Below are positions 51,935-64,000 of a stretch of 64,000 nucleotides of DNA, in pieces. This DNA comes from Octopus sinensis. Taxonomy: Eukaryota. Within the stretch, counting starts at the first letter, position 1, and every line of letters starts with the position of its first letter. The notes beneath the pieces are model-generated. The model was not told where the DNA came from. It did no database searches and worked only from the letters and a program-made list of their open reading frames with translations. The stretch lies in assembly GCF_006345805.1 (NCBI RefSeq), contig NC_043007.1, positions 47,864,001 to 47,928,000 on the forward strand. The letters run 5' to 3'. Position numbers and translations under genes: made by a program.

Positions 51935-52075
51935 TAACGTTCAAAAAATTGTAAGGGGACATCGAAGGCGGATCGATGCCGCGCTTCATTGCAGAGATGA
52001 AGCTTCTGAATCCGGGCTCGAAACCGATCGCTTCCAGCACAACCTCCAGGTAACCATGGCCGATGCACTTCAACG
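51935..52075 (-). mobile_element. Tx1/L1 RT fragment
   Basis: GHGYLEVVLEAIGFEPGFRSFISAM.RGI. Confidence 0.7.
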
Positions 52076-52559
52076 TTTATGACTGATGATAATTATTATT
52101 ATTTATGAAGGTTGACGTAACTTTTCACGAAGGTAAATGCGCAATAAGAGCGTGATGCGATACGTAATAAAATATAGATTGATTTTGTTTATTGAAGTGA
52201 ACAATATTTCGACAGTAAATGAAAATTTCACATCAAAAATCTTGCAAAACAAATATATAAACGTAACACAGAATGAAAATTCACAGAAATACAGAAATTC
52301 AAAAATTCAACTGGAATATCCTGCGTTCCTTTCTAGACAACGACGTTATCAAAACGGAAAGAAAAAAAAAAGCGAAGTTTTGTGTAATATGATGGCATTG
52401 TCATTTCTTTCATTCCTCAAGAGCATGACGTTAGTAACTCACAAATATATTTATCCTCATTTGTTTTGAGAACTGAAAGTGCATTGACGTCCGATTATTT
52501 TCTGAGAATGTGTTACTTTTATGTGTAACCGAAATTCTCAGCTGCTTGGCTTCTGGCTT

Positions 52560-52820
52560 CTTGGGTTCATGCTCTTGCTTGATGGGGTTGAGGCCATTCC
52601 AAGATAGTGGTTCCAGAGGTGTCATCACGCGTAGTGTCGACCAGGTCGACCAGTGCACTCCATCGCTCGCGGTCCCGAGCCAGCCCCTCTACATCCTTCA
52701 AGATGACGTCGAGACTTCTTTGTCAGGGTCTTCGAGAGGGGCCACGTTTCTGCTCCATAGAGGAGAATGGAGAGGACCGATGTGTTGTAGGGGATTCCAT
52801 AGAGAGTACATGGTCCCAGC
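52560..52820 (-). mobile_element. RTE RT C-terminal fragment
   Basis: YNTSVLSILLYGAETWPL. Confidence 0.8.
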
Positions 52821-52845
52821 ACACACACGCACACACACACGCACA

Positions 52846-53461
52846 CACGCACGCTCACACACAAAAGTGCACCCGCCCCCAAAATAGAATCACATATATG
52901 CGTATACATACACAAAGTAATTCTAAAAATTGTTGCTATGGAGATGTATTAAAATATAATCGCAGATCCATTAGGTAGTTTTAGGACAATCTAATGCAAT
53001 GATGGCGGGCATATGACACGTGTGTGAGGAGTGACACGTTGCTGACTTTTTTTTTTATTGACAAACGACGGACTTTGAAAACAAATAATCTCCCTGCAAT
53101 AACTATGTTATAAAAAATAGCACATCTCTATACACGCGACACTCGAAAAGCAATAATATTGAAGAAATTAAGATTTCGTCACGCGGGATTAGATTGCTCG
53201 CCATCTAAATTGGTCGTCCCGTGGATACCTTAGACCCACTAATTTCTTCAAACAGGTACTATAATCATGTGAGAATAACGTTCTTTAAATATTTATTTCA
53301 TGCAACAACTATACAAGAACGGAACATCTAACAATGCCACTCTTATGCAGATGACACGATCCTTGATTCCTCTCTTATCTTCCCCAACTTTGCATCATCC
53401 GAACGTAACACAGGCACCACACATCAGACTTGCATCGATTCCATAGATACTTGAGAAGCAC
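52846..53461 (-). repeat. Inverted duplicate of 47775-48390, lying between two RTE fragments
   Basis: Reverse-complement match. Confidence 0.92.
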
Positions 53462-53610
53462 ATCTGAGGTTGGTCTCCGGGGCCAGGTCTTCCATTATTT
53501 GTGAATGTGGAGCCCAGGTAGATGAAGGAATTGACAAACTCCACTCCGTTTGATGTAAAATGTTCGTCAAGCCCATCGAAGTAGTATTATTGTTTCTGTC
53601 GTCATACATA
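53462..53610 (-). mobile_element. RTE RT fragment
   Basis: NGVEFVNSFIYLGSTFTNNG. Confidence 0.75.
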
Positions 53611-54257
53611 TGGACTCTGAATCTTTATCCAATTTCTCTGTTGTGCAACCAGCAGAAATGAATTCGTTTGATATATTCACTGGACAACGTACAGTGTTGT
53701 GGGAGAAAATTATTTTTTTGATTTGTCACAAGGGTGACGATAATGAGAAGACGTATTACCAAAAATCAGTGACGGGAAAGGATTTCACAGAATCGATTAT
53801 GAAATAAATACTCTTGGAAAGAATGAAAATGATCTGGATCAATAATAGGTGGACAGTGAAATTGGGCTAATCAAGAATCCTCTTAGATTCAGCATTATCC
53901 TAACTGCCAAGAGCAAGTCTCCTACCCATTTACACTCGCCCCCAGGTTTGCTAAAACTAGAACCATGTTCTCCTTTCATCAAATTTACTGACTGGTATCA
54001 CCCACTTCCACACTCTATCTTCGTTAGGGTTTTTCTTTCTTTTCTTTTTTTAAATTTTTAAATTTAATTTTATTGTGAGATCGGTAGATAATATTTTCGT
54101 ATTTGCTTTTACATTGCAATCTGGCAGTCTTATGCATTAGAGACCTAAGTACAGGATTGAAAATGGAAGAATATGAAACCGTGACAGTACAAAAATAAAC
54201 TTTGCTATCCAGAATAAATAAATGTAGGTTATTAAGACTTATTACTAAGGATTTCCA

Positions 54258-54470
54258 AGGCGGTCGGTAGGCAGTTTCGTTAGATTGTCAAACAAAAACG
54301 CCTTACGACTTTACTTGCAGCTCATTGCGTTCAGAGTTCAAATTTTGCCGAGTCAAGTTTGCTTTCATTCCTCTGGGGCCGATGAAATGGCAAGCTGTTA
54401 AGTAATGGAATCGATGGAATCGATGAACCCACCCCCGCTTCAAAACTGTTAGTTATATGCCTATGTTGGA
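54258..54470 (+). mobile_element. SINE family A, diverged
   Basis: GGCGG..GGCAG..GTTAG head, GAGTTCAAAT B box. Confidence 0.65.
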
Positions 54471-54938
54471 AGATTTTTGTTTTCACATCTTAACATTATT
54501 CAATTAATTTATGGAGGCAACATGACAGAAAGCAAGAAAAGACTAATCTAAAACTAATACATTTTAGTAAATGAGCAGTTTTTTTTTATCTCACTTGTAT
54601 TCGAGGTCGATTGTCACTGTTCTATATTTTATGTTTAAAGTTATGTTCCTTCTTTGTTTCTCTCCTATACCATCGAGGACATTTTGGGGTTATTTAATTT
54701 GAATCTGAATCAGGCTAGCTCATTTTACTAATTTATTATAATTAAACATCAGTTAATTACCAGACAAATAGGTTAATCGCAATTAAGTCTTCCTTGTTTT
54801 TAACACAGTTTCTAACTTACATACATACATACACACATGCATGTATACATACATAGATACATACATACATGCATACACACATGCAGGCCGGCATACATAC
54901 ATTATATATGTACATATATATGTATGTATGTCTATACA

Positions 54939-55080
<142 letters not shown>

Positions 55081-55149
55081 ACCTGTTTTAAATATCTCAG
55101 CGCGTGATATACAGTCACAGTACCGAATAGTAAAATTTAGTTGCCAAGA

Positions 55150-55480
55150 GAATGTGGCGGTCCTATAAAGGATGATGTTACTGGTGTTTTAGCCCCAGGA
55201 AAACAATCTTTTTCAGCCGGCTATCGACAGACACACAAACTGTGTCCATAAGGACCAGCACATTCTGTTGGTAAATTAAGGTTACTATATATATTTTTTC
55301 AAAACGTAACCACATGTCAATTCGTTGGTGATTTTCTTCATCTGTCTTCCTTTTCTATTGGACTTTCCTCTGTTTCTGAAGAAGAGATCTGCTCGAAGCG
55401 TTAAACCATCTTTCTTTCCTTTCCTGAGCGTCTGCTAATACTTTACATGTACCACGTCTCCACGTTGTTGATTTTGTGTT
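55150..55480 (+). mobile_element. PLE pLTR remnant with hammerhead-like motif (55372-55407)
   Basis: GTTT-CTGAAGA-A-GAG..GCTC-GAAGC-GTT-AAAC, followed by TTCCTGAGCG as in the Neptune-like pLTR. Confidence 0.55.
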
Positions 55481-55579
55481 TGTTCTTCGTTTTTTTTTTG
55501 GGGGGGGGGATTTGCTATATATATATATATAGCAAATCCCCTCCCCCCAATATATATATATATATACTCTTACTCTTTT

Positions 55580-56029
<450 letters not shown>

Positions 56030-56715
56030 TAATATATTATATAATATATATATACATATATATATATATGATTGATTGATTGATTCTAGTTTCAGCTTAT
56101 GAGCTGTGGCCATGCTGGGGCATATATATATATATATATATTTATATATGAGGATAATATCGATATTTAAGTATCAAAATTATCAAGTGGCCAGCATGAA
56201 AGAAATACCGTACAAAGGTAAAAAAATTTTTAACAATTAAAATGAGGGTGTCCAAAAGACACCCAACATACCGAAATAGCAGTCGAAACTCTGACTATAA
56301 AACCACGTTAAGTGTTCATATCGCACCATGAGGTAATATATATGTATAAATGTATGTGTGTATATATATATATATTTATATATATATATTTATATATATA
56401 TATATATGTGTGTGTGTATGTATGTATGTATGTATGTATGTATGTATATAAATGTAAGTGGATATAGATATATATGTAGATATATATATGCATATATATG
56501 TAGGTTATGAGAGGTAAATGTGTCATTGAGAATCAAAGGTGTCAGGTAGTGCTGAATACGTGCTACAGATGGACCGCAATTAAGTTCCAGGTTCGGTGAT
56601 TATGTGAATAAGGCGTTCAACGTTGGTCATATGTCAGCGTGTGTATATAAAAAAATTATTTTGTAATGAGATAAAAAACCAAGGCTATTGTAGATTTTAG
56701 AACATTTATAGATAG

Positions 56716-56763
56716 GTCTTACAGGTGTTTCCAGGATATTTATTATATCCCTTCATCGGAGAC
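56716..56763 (-). ncRNA. Degenerate hammerhead-like motif of another PLE family
   Basis: GTCT-CCGATGA-A-GGGATA-TAATAAA-TATCCT-G-GAAAC-ACCT-GTA-AGAC. Confidence 0.5.
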
Positions 56764-58223
56764 GGTGTGAGAGGATTGTTAAGAAATAGTTAATTTAGAT
56801 AAGATATAAAACAGAGAGTGAGTTGGAGGAAAACATGGGAGCTATGAAAAATATGACATGACTCCTTCCTTCCTTATTCATCTATCGTCCCTTCTTTTCT
56901 TATTCATAAACAAGAGTATCATTATAGTTGATTACTTCGGCAACCATTGGAGGTATGAAAAAATACAAAGCCCAGCATCACCACCGGATCATTCTACACA
57001 ACTGTGTAATTTTTCACGCAATTCCACCCAGCCGTTTGACCGTGAATCCGAAGACAAGAAAGAATCGCCCATGTCGAATTTACATGACTCTCTCTCTCTC
57101 TCTATATATATATATAATAAAAATCAAATAAGTAACAAGGATGTCCAGGTATCAGTCCATTACGGCCATTTCTAGTTTTAATGCACTGATACCTGAACAT
57201 CTTATTACATATTAGCTATTTATCCTCCTAACTTCAAGCTGCACGTACCATACCGGACTGACTTGGTGCCTCAATCTAAGTACCTAATTCAACTGAATCT
57301 TACTTATTATTATATATATATATATTTGTGTGCGTGTACGTGTATGTATGTATGTATACACACACAATTGTTAGATTATTTCAACTTGAAAAACGACCAA
57401 TGGGAATAATGAAATGTGCAGACTTTGACACAAATGTAAAGCGATAGAAATTAAAGAAATATAATTAAAGATCAAATTCCTTCCTTATGCGTGTCTGCTT
57501 CAATAAAATAGCACAAGTGCTCTCAGTAATTAGAACTTTATTACAATCCACATTCTCTCATTTAAAACAAACTTTTACGGTGAGTTTTCTTTGAATTCTT
57601 TATAACTAAAGACAAACAGTTTAATCTTAATTTTATCTAGAGTTGAACAGTAGTTTTACTCCGATACTTTGGCTAATACGTGGAGATTGCCTTTCGTCCA
57701 TCTGGGGTTGATAAAATAAAGTACTAGTCAAGTACAGAGGTCGATGGTATCGACTAAAATTTTCCAATCAAAAGTGCTGGCCTTGTGCCTAAATCAGAAA
57801 CTATTAATTCACCAATAAACGAAATATACAAATATTATACAAAGGCAAAAACCCAAATAAACTATATTACAGTTGGTTTTGTAGATATTGTTGTTATTTA
57901 ACACTTGGTCATAGCACAATTCTATAATTAAAGTTGTTTTCAGGTTTGACCATCTCTCCATTATTTAAAAGAGTCCTAGTATTTTTACGGTGATAAGGAT
58001 TTTTAGGAGGATTTAGCTGCTATATCAGTATTATGATATTACCAAATAGCTCCAGCTTGGACATAAATAATTAGTTACATTGATGATAAGACTACTATCG
58101 TTCGCTAAAATGATCCTGCAGCCAGTTCGTGAACGGCAGGAATGAAAAAGCCATGGGTGCAATAATTTGTGGCTTTTAGTAGGCTTTGGGTTCAAATCTT
58201 AGGTGACTTAGCCTTTCGTCTTT

Positions 58224-58229
<6 letters not shown>

Positions 58230-58277
<48 letters not shown>

Positions 58278-58715
58278 TTGGAGGGGAGGCAAGTCAATTA
58301 CATTGACCTCAGTGCGTAACTGGTACTTATTTCATCGACCCAGAAAGGATGAAAGGCAAATTGGAACTCAGCGGAGTTTGAACTCAGGACGTAAAAGTGG
58401 AACTCAGAACATAAAGAGTAGGAGGTGGAGGAGGAGGAGGAGGAGGAAGAAGAAGAAGAAGAGAAGAAGAAGAAGAAGAAGAAGAAGAAGAAGAAGAAGA
58501 ATAAGAAGAAGAAGAAAGAAGAAGAAGAAGGAAGAAGAAGAAGAAGAAGAAGAAGAAGAAGAAGAAGAGAAGAAGAAGAAGAAGAAGAAGAAGAAGAAGA
58601 AGAAGAAGAAGAAGAAGAAGAAGAAGAAGAAGAGAAGAAGAAGAAGAAGAAGAAGAAGAAGAAGAAGAAGAAGAAGAAGAAGAAGAAGAAGAAGAAGAAG
58701 AAGAAGAAGAAGAAG
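58230..58715 (-). mobile_element. Second copy of the (AAT)n-SINE A-(GAA)n cassette
   Basis: Matches 51470-51930. Confidence 0.75.
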
Positions 58716-58870
58716 ACGGATCTGTCCCGTATGCAATAGCAGCTGTTTAACATAACCCCGCAAGTCAGTAATGCCCGGACGCTGACCGAGTGCATGCAGA
58801 ACTGTTTCGTCGCTCTGCGCGCACCTTACACAAGCTGTGCTTGTAGAATTTGTCTCGAACTGGTAGCACT
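58716..58870 (-). mobile_element. Tx1-like CCHC fragment
   Basis: PVRDKFYKH..CVRCAQSDETVLHAL..PGITDLRGYVKQLL. Confidence 0.7.
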
Positions 58871-59099
58871 GCTAAACCAAAGACATCTGGAAATTATCCA
58901 TGATAATCCCCGACCGAAAGTAAAGACGTCAGTTTATAATCGTCTAAATCTAGAAATTTGGAGGATTGATATTTGATATTTTCTGGTACTTGATCATGTC
59001 ATCTTGCCCGCTAATATTGTAACATTGTTTTCATTATGAAAGAGGTCAGACAGACTATTTCCTTGATATGCATGCATGTATGACCACCACTGCCCGGCA

Positions 59100-59290
59100 T
59101 TCATTGTGATTGATCGCTAGTCACTAAACCTGTTTTATTTTTTCTCTCTGCTTATTTTTGTGTTCCTTTCTGTTGAAAAGCGTAGGCTCGAAACGTAAAA
59201 GATTTTCTCACTTCCTGAGCGTTAAACTAATACATTTGTTTGTTGTTTTCACACTCGTCTTCGTCTTCTTTTTTCGTAAATTCCAACTAT
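59100..59290 (+). mobile_element. Solo pLTR end related to the Neptune-like element, with CTGTTGA hammerhead-like motif (59166-59201)
   Basis: CTTT-CTGTTGA-A-AAGC-GTAG-GCTC-GAAAC-GTA-AAAG..TTCCTGAGCG..CTAATACATT. Confidence 0.7.
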
Positions 59291-59814
59291 GTATGTATAT
59301 ATGCACGTGTGTCTGTACACATACATACACGCTCATGTATACATGTATGTATGATTGTACGTATGTATGTAACATACATACACGCACACATACATATATG
59401 CACATTCATACATGCATGTATACGTATATATAAATATATGAATGTATAAATATATACATAATATATATAATATATTATATATATATAATATATAAAACAC
59501 TCTCTCTCTATCAAACACACACACATAGATTATATTATATTGTTATCGTATGAGATTGGTGGATTCGTTGATTCGTTGCAGAGCATAAATGTTGACAAAG
59601 GAATTTAAATGGTAGTATTATATTTATTAATCATTTATAGTCGTTTCGATAATTGGTGAAATTGATACAAGAGATTACATTCTAGGTTAAACTATGCTGG
59701 CTAACCCCAGTATATGTAGATAAACTCCAGTTATTAAATTTACTATACTTGGTTAATCCACACTTGGTAAATGTGGGTGTCCTTATAAAGACGGCATAGT
59801 GTTAGTAGAGAAGA

Positions 59815-60206
59815 AATAATAAATTAAAGTATCTGGAGAATAGAGATTTACATATCCATGTTATATTATATAGTTAACTTCATCTTAGTTTATCAATACC
59901 AACACATGTTTCTGCTACAAACCAATGCACACTGTAAATTTTGCATGTTAGAGTGTATTTTGATGTTAAATTATTCGTACAGCTTCATCAGGGCAAATTT
60001 TAACTATATTTAAGATATCCCGTGGACTGAATATTTGCCCTGATGAAGCTGCACTAGTAGTTCAACATCAAGATGCACACTAAGATGCAAATTTTACAGT
60101 GTGCTTGCAGTAGAGACATGTATTGGTATTGATAAAAAAAGATGTTATTAACTGTATATTGCAATATGGATAAGTAACTCTCTATTCTCCTGATATTTTA
60201 ATTTAC

Positions 60207-60210
<4 letters not shown>
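59815..60210. repeat. Imperfect ~185-bp inverted repeat; each arm has a CTGATGA..GA(A/G)AC motif
   Basis: Arms ~59815-59998 and ~60033-60210; diverged. Confidence 0.75.
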
Positions 60211-60241
<31 letters not shown>

Positions 60242-60317
60242 GTGCAGATGGTTGGATGGAAGCATGTATTATGTGCGTATGTATGTATGTATGTATGTAT
60301 GTATGTATGTATGTATT

Positions 60318-60348
<31 letters not shown>

Positions 60349-61040
60349 ATGTATTTGTGATTTAATCATTGTGCTGTTGAGATAGACAAAATTATTATAT
60401 TCTTGTTTGGGAATGTTTTCGAAGTCTCCGTTTTATGGAAACCGTCTAGTTTTGACATCAAGTATTTCCATAAAATGAGAATCCAATGTGGACACAGCAG
60501 TATCCGGAAGTAAGAGATTAACCAAAACTGGAAAGTAATGTCCACTATGAGGGAGTGAATATGATAGCAAACAGTTTCTTGTATATAAGAGAAATGGTGT
60601 AGGTAACATAACCGGGCCTCGATAACACATGAGTGTAGGGTTTTAGTGGACAATAGATGATTTTGCGCTAAACGCATCGTGTCATTCATCTACAATGTAA
60701 TGTTTCTGTACAGTACTGCGCACATTATAGAAACATTTTTTACTAATTTGAGATATTGACAGAAAGTAGTCGCCTGATGACTGTTACTCCAAGTACAAAA
60801 ATGTCATTGTTTGGCTTAATTGGTTATAACTAAGTAGGAATGTGAATGAGAACCGTTTTGTAATTGTCATAGCAACAAGTCTCTTTGCATGAGACTGAAA
60901 GATGGCAATTTTTAGAGCACTTAAAATGTAATCCCTACGTAAAGTGGTTTTGGGCAGAAATAATCAGTAGGCGGAAAAGAAAACAAACACCATCACCACC
61001 ACCATCACCACAACAACAACAACGATAACAATAATAATAA

Positions 61041-61248
61041 TTCTTTCTGCTATAGGCACAAGGCCTAAAAATTTGGAGTGGAGATTAGTCGATTACATCG
61101 AACCCATTACATAACTGTTACTTATTTTATCGCCCCCAAAAGGACGAAAGGCAAAATCGACCTCGGCGTGAATTGAACTCGGAATGTAAAGACGTACGAA
61201 ATGCCACTAAACACTTTGCCCGGCGTGCTAACGATTCAGCCAGCTCGC
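61041..61248 (-). mobile_element. SINE family A
   Basis: Reverse complement of head GCGAGCTGGCTGAATCGTTAGCACGCCGGG. Confidence 0.8.
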
Positions 61249-61259
61249 GCATTTATTAT

Positions 61260-62440
61260 TATAACTGAAGACGTCGCACAGTATTCAATATCGTGATGTT
61301 GTTGATTGAAGATATGGTGTCTGCTGGGGGTTTGTACTGTCTGTCAAATCACAACAAGGACCCCAGACAAACAGTACTTTACGCAACATGCGTGTAGTTC
61401 CAAGTAAAACCAATTTTTGTAATACACTTAGATTGTAGGGTATTTCAAAAGTTTCCAGATGTTTCTTCAGGTTGGGTGGTATTGAACCCAATGCTCCGAT
61501 GACAACAGGGACAACCTATATGTTTGACTGTCGGCGAGCTGGCAGAAACGTTAGCACGCCGGGCGAAATGCGTAGCCGTATTTCGTCTGCCGTTACGTTC
61601 TGCGTTCAAATTCCGCCGAGGTTGACTTTGCTTTTCATCCTTTCGGGGTCGATAAATTAAGTACCAGTTGCGCACTGGGGTCGATGTAATCGACTTAATC
61701 CCTTTGTCTGTCCTTGTTTGTCCTCTCTGTGTTTAGCCCCTTGTGGGTAGTAAAGAAATATATATGTTTGACTGTCGTAGCTGCCACATCTCAGCCATCT
61801 CAGTTCTCTGGTCTCCATATTTATCAATCTTTTCCTCTTTTCTTCATGATGCTACTTTGATTATTAAGCATTCTTGTTTGTCCCTCCTAAAGGTTACTAT
61901 ATCCGACCTTCTGTATTCTAACACCTCGTATGTCTGCAAGTCACAGAATATCTTTGTCTTCCCCTTTTCGTCCATTACCTTTTCCGGGGTATGTTGGTAC
62001 CAAGCACCCACTACCTCGTATTCATTCTTCCGGCATAGTAGCCAGTGAAGTTTTAGGGTTATCTTGTGTCTGCGCTTGTACTCTTTCTGCATAATATTTT
62101 TACAAACACTAACAATGTAAACCACGCTTTCTATCCTCTTCCCACTCATTCTGCAGAGGTTCGTTGCACTTGTGTGGTATATATCTCTTTCATTGAGTTG
62201 GTATTCAATGCTTGGTTCTGGGCAACGACAATTAATCTTTCAATCTTCTTTTTAAGGTCATCCTTGCTGAGCCCCCGCCATGTTGCTTCCTGGTCTTTCA
62301 AGTTGTCAGTTTCTTCTTTCTCGTTGACTATTCGTGATTGGAATTCATTAACACTCTCAAGTCCGTTGCTGGTAAATCCTTCTGCATTAGCAGCATACTG
62401 TAGCAGGTCTTGTTTGCTGTTTAATAAATACTTTGCCATG
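61260..62440 (-). mobile_element. R4/Dong element 3' half (REL endonuclease), split by a SINE
   Basis: DLKKKIERLIVVAQNQALNTN, EYKRRH..LHWLLC, WYQH.P, RRSDIV..DKQECLIIKVA, VVPVVIGALGSIP, LQKLVLLGTTRMLRKVL. Confidence 0.88.
61534..61760 (+). mobile_element. Intact SINE family A with 17-bp TSD
   Basis: TSD TATATGTTTGACTGTCG at 61517-61533 and 61761-61777. Confidence 0.92.
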
Positions 62441-62444
62441 TTTT

Positions 62445-62720
62445 TCTTTCACTCTCACTTTCCTTTTCAAATGAAACTTGAAAAATTCGATGTGACCTCT
62501 ACGAAAGAGGAATGTATCTGTCCTCATTCCTTTCAGTTACGTCCACTAGACAACCTCTTTCGCCAGCTAACAGGCAAAGGAAAACTGCATTGTCTTCCCG
62601 ATTGAAGGAGGGCGGTGGGGCAGTCGTCTCTCTGGCCTCAATCGGCAGACGGATCTGTCCCGTATGCAATAGCAGCTGTTCGACATAACCCCGCAAGTCA
62701 GTAATGCCCGGACGCTGATT
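62445..62720 (-). mobile_element. Tx1-like ORF2 C-terminal fragment
   Basis: PGITDLRGYVEQLLLHTGQIRL..VFLCLL..FFKFHLKRKVRV. Confidence 0.7.
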
Positions 62721-62786
62721 AAACACTTACAAATTACGGAGGTCCAACATGTATGACTTCACGGGCTGACGGCTATAATAATAATG

Positions 62787-62868
<82 letters not shown>

Positions 62869-62870
<2 letters not shown>

Positions 62871-63377
62871 CTGATTGGAAGTGTTATCATGTACATTGTT
62901 TTGTCTTGGTATAAAAGATGGGCTACAGCAAATATTCTGCTCAATACCACAGATTTGCTTGTCAGTTGTTTGACCTTAACCAGTTGAGCATGTCCCTTAG
63001 TGGCTGACGATATGTGCATCTCTGATCACGAGAAGAAGTAGTGGGGGAGCATCATAGCCATGTGTTGAGAAGGATTCTTTGGGGTTTGAATAATTCACCT
63101 CTGGAAACATGGGTGGTTCTTTCAACATCCTTAAACAACCCTTATTCAGAGACCTTTTGAGCGGGATGGGCTACTCAACCTGAAGAAAATTCTAACTGGG
63201 CCCCACCTGCAAGGTCATGTGCTGTTTATCTTGATATGAGATCACCATGTCGCGCACATATGGTTGTGATGCATGTGCCTGGTGTACCTTTATCAGACGG
63301 GTAGTCATGATGGGTATATTGGGCTTCGTATATTTTACCCCAGTGTCATTTTGATGGCATGCTCTGCTCGCTCACTC
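62869..63377 (+). mobile_element. (AAT)n-embedded retroelement 3' segment, copy 3
   Basis: Same 3' end as the copies at 45608 and 46177; (AAT)n on both sides. Confidence 0.75.
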
Positions 63378-63421
<44 letters not shown>

Positions 63422-63814
63422 GGATCTTTTCGGTTTGAACGGCAGTTTTTAACATAATTTCTAGGTAACTAAAACATTTTAAACTTCGTATACTGGTAGA
63501 ATGTGTTTATAAAACATCTTTTTCTCTTGGCTTTATTGAGAAAATTCTATAGTTTGTAAGATATTTGGTCATTAATTTCTTGCATTTCTGCAATTTCAAC
63601 CAACCAATGACCGTCTATTGAGGTGAAAAGATTCTGTGCCGTATGAATATGTCCCTCGTTTAAGAAACAGTTTGGGTTTATTTACATTTGTGAAGAAAAA
63701 AAGATACCCTTCCCTCACCCCTAACCCTAACCTTAACCCTAACTAACCCTAAATCTAAAATAAATTGAAATGCAATAGATCGATTCTAGGGTCATAACTA
63801 TGGGTGTCATATGA
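63422..63814. mobile_element. Second copy of the CCCTAA MITE, right TIR missing
   Basis: Left TIR GGATCTTTTCGGTTTGAACGGCAGTTTTT and body match 50936-51362. Confidence 0.85.
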
Positions 63815-64000
63815 AATGGAAGATTCGGATGATGATAGGTGCAAGTACCTTGGGATCCTGGAGCTGGACAATATCATGCATAGCGAAATGGAAGACAAGA
63901 TCATCACTGCATATTTGAAACGCCTTAAACTTCTCTTGAAGTCAAAAGCTCAACGCAAGGAACCTTGTGACTGCCATCATATGGGCTGTTGCTGTAGTTC
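63815..64000 (+). mobile_element. R4/Dong RT C-terminal fragment, running off the window
   Basis: KYLGILELDNIMHSEM.DKI...YLKRLKLLLKSK. Confidence 0.75.

Noticed and set aside
51661-52082. Poly-K/E/R and poly-F/L/S ORFs, also at 58298-58795, 18445-18786 and 62759-63019
   Set aside because: (GAA)n and (AAT)n arrays are open in several frames by composition.
53610-53807. 65-aa ORF in non-repetitive-looking DNA
   Set aside because: No recognisable motif or convincing splice sites.

Overview
A 64 kb AT-rich, microsatellite-dense eukaryotic window. The SINE, LINE and Penelope families look like those of a coleoid cephalopod (Octopus-like); this is an inference from repeat style. Almost all of the window is transposable-element debris: RTE, CR1-like, Tx1/L1-like and R4/Dong-like LINE fragments, two lineages of Penelope-like elements (PLEs), at least three tRNA-derived SINE families, and DNA transposons (Chapaev3-like, mariner, Tc1/DUF4817-type, pogo/Tigger-type, a MITE with an 8-bp target-site duplication (TSD), and a probable Helitron). 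One Neptune-like PLE at 23125-28838 is nearly full length, with ~1.19 kb direct pseudo-LTRs (pLTRs). Most ORFs in the supplied track are translations of microsatellites or low-complexity DNA. The only plausible host-gene signal is a TATA box plus a signal-peptide-like first coding exon at 39294-39342. The most interesting observations are: (i) a composite element at 45339-46822 joining a Pol III tRNA-type head, an internal (AAT)n and a hammerhead-ribozyme tail, whose (AAT)n has been hit twice by an (AAT)n-targeting retroelement; (ii) several minimal hammerhead motifs, including a CUGUUGA core variant shared by three copies; (iii) a MITE carrying telomere-type CCCTAA repeats; and (iv) repeated fold-back or inverted duplications that are either real template-switch events or long-read assembly artefacts. 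Boundaries of degenerate TE fragments are approximate, and all identity statements are by eye.
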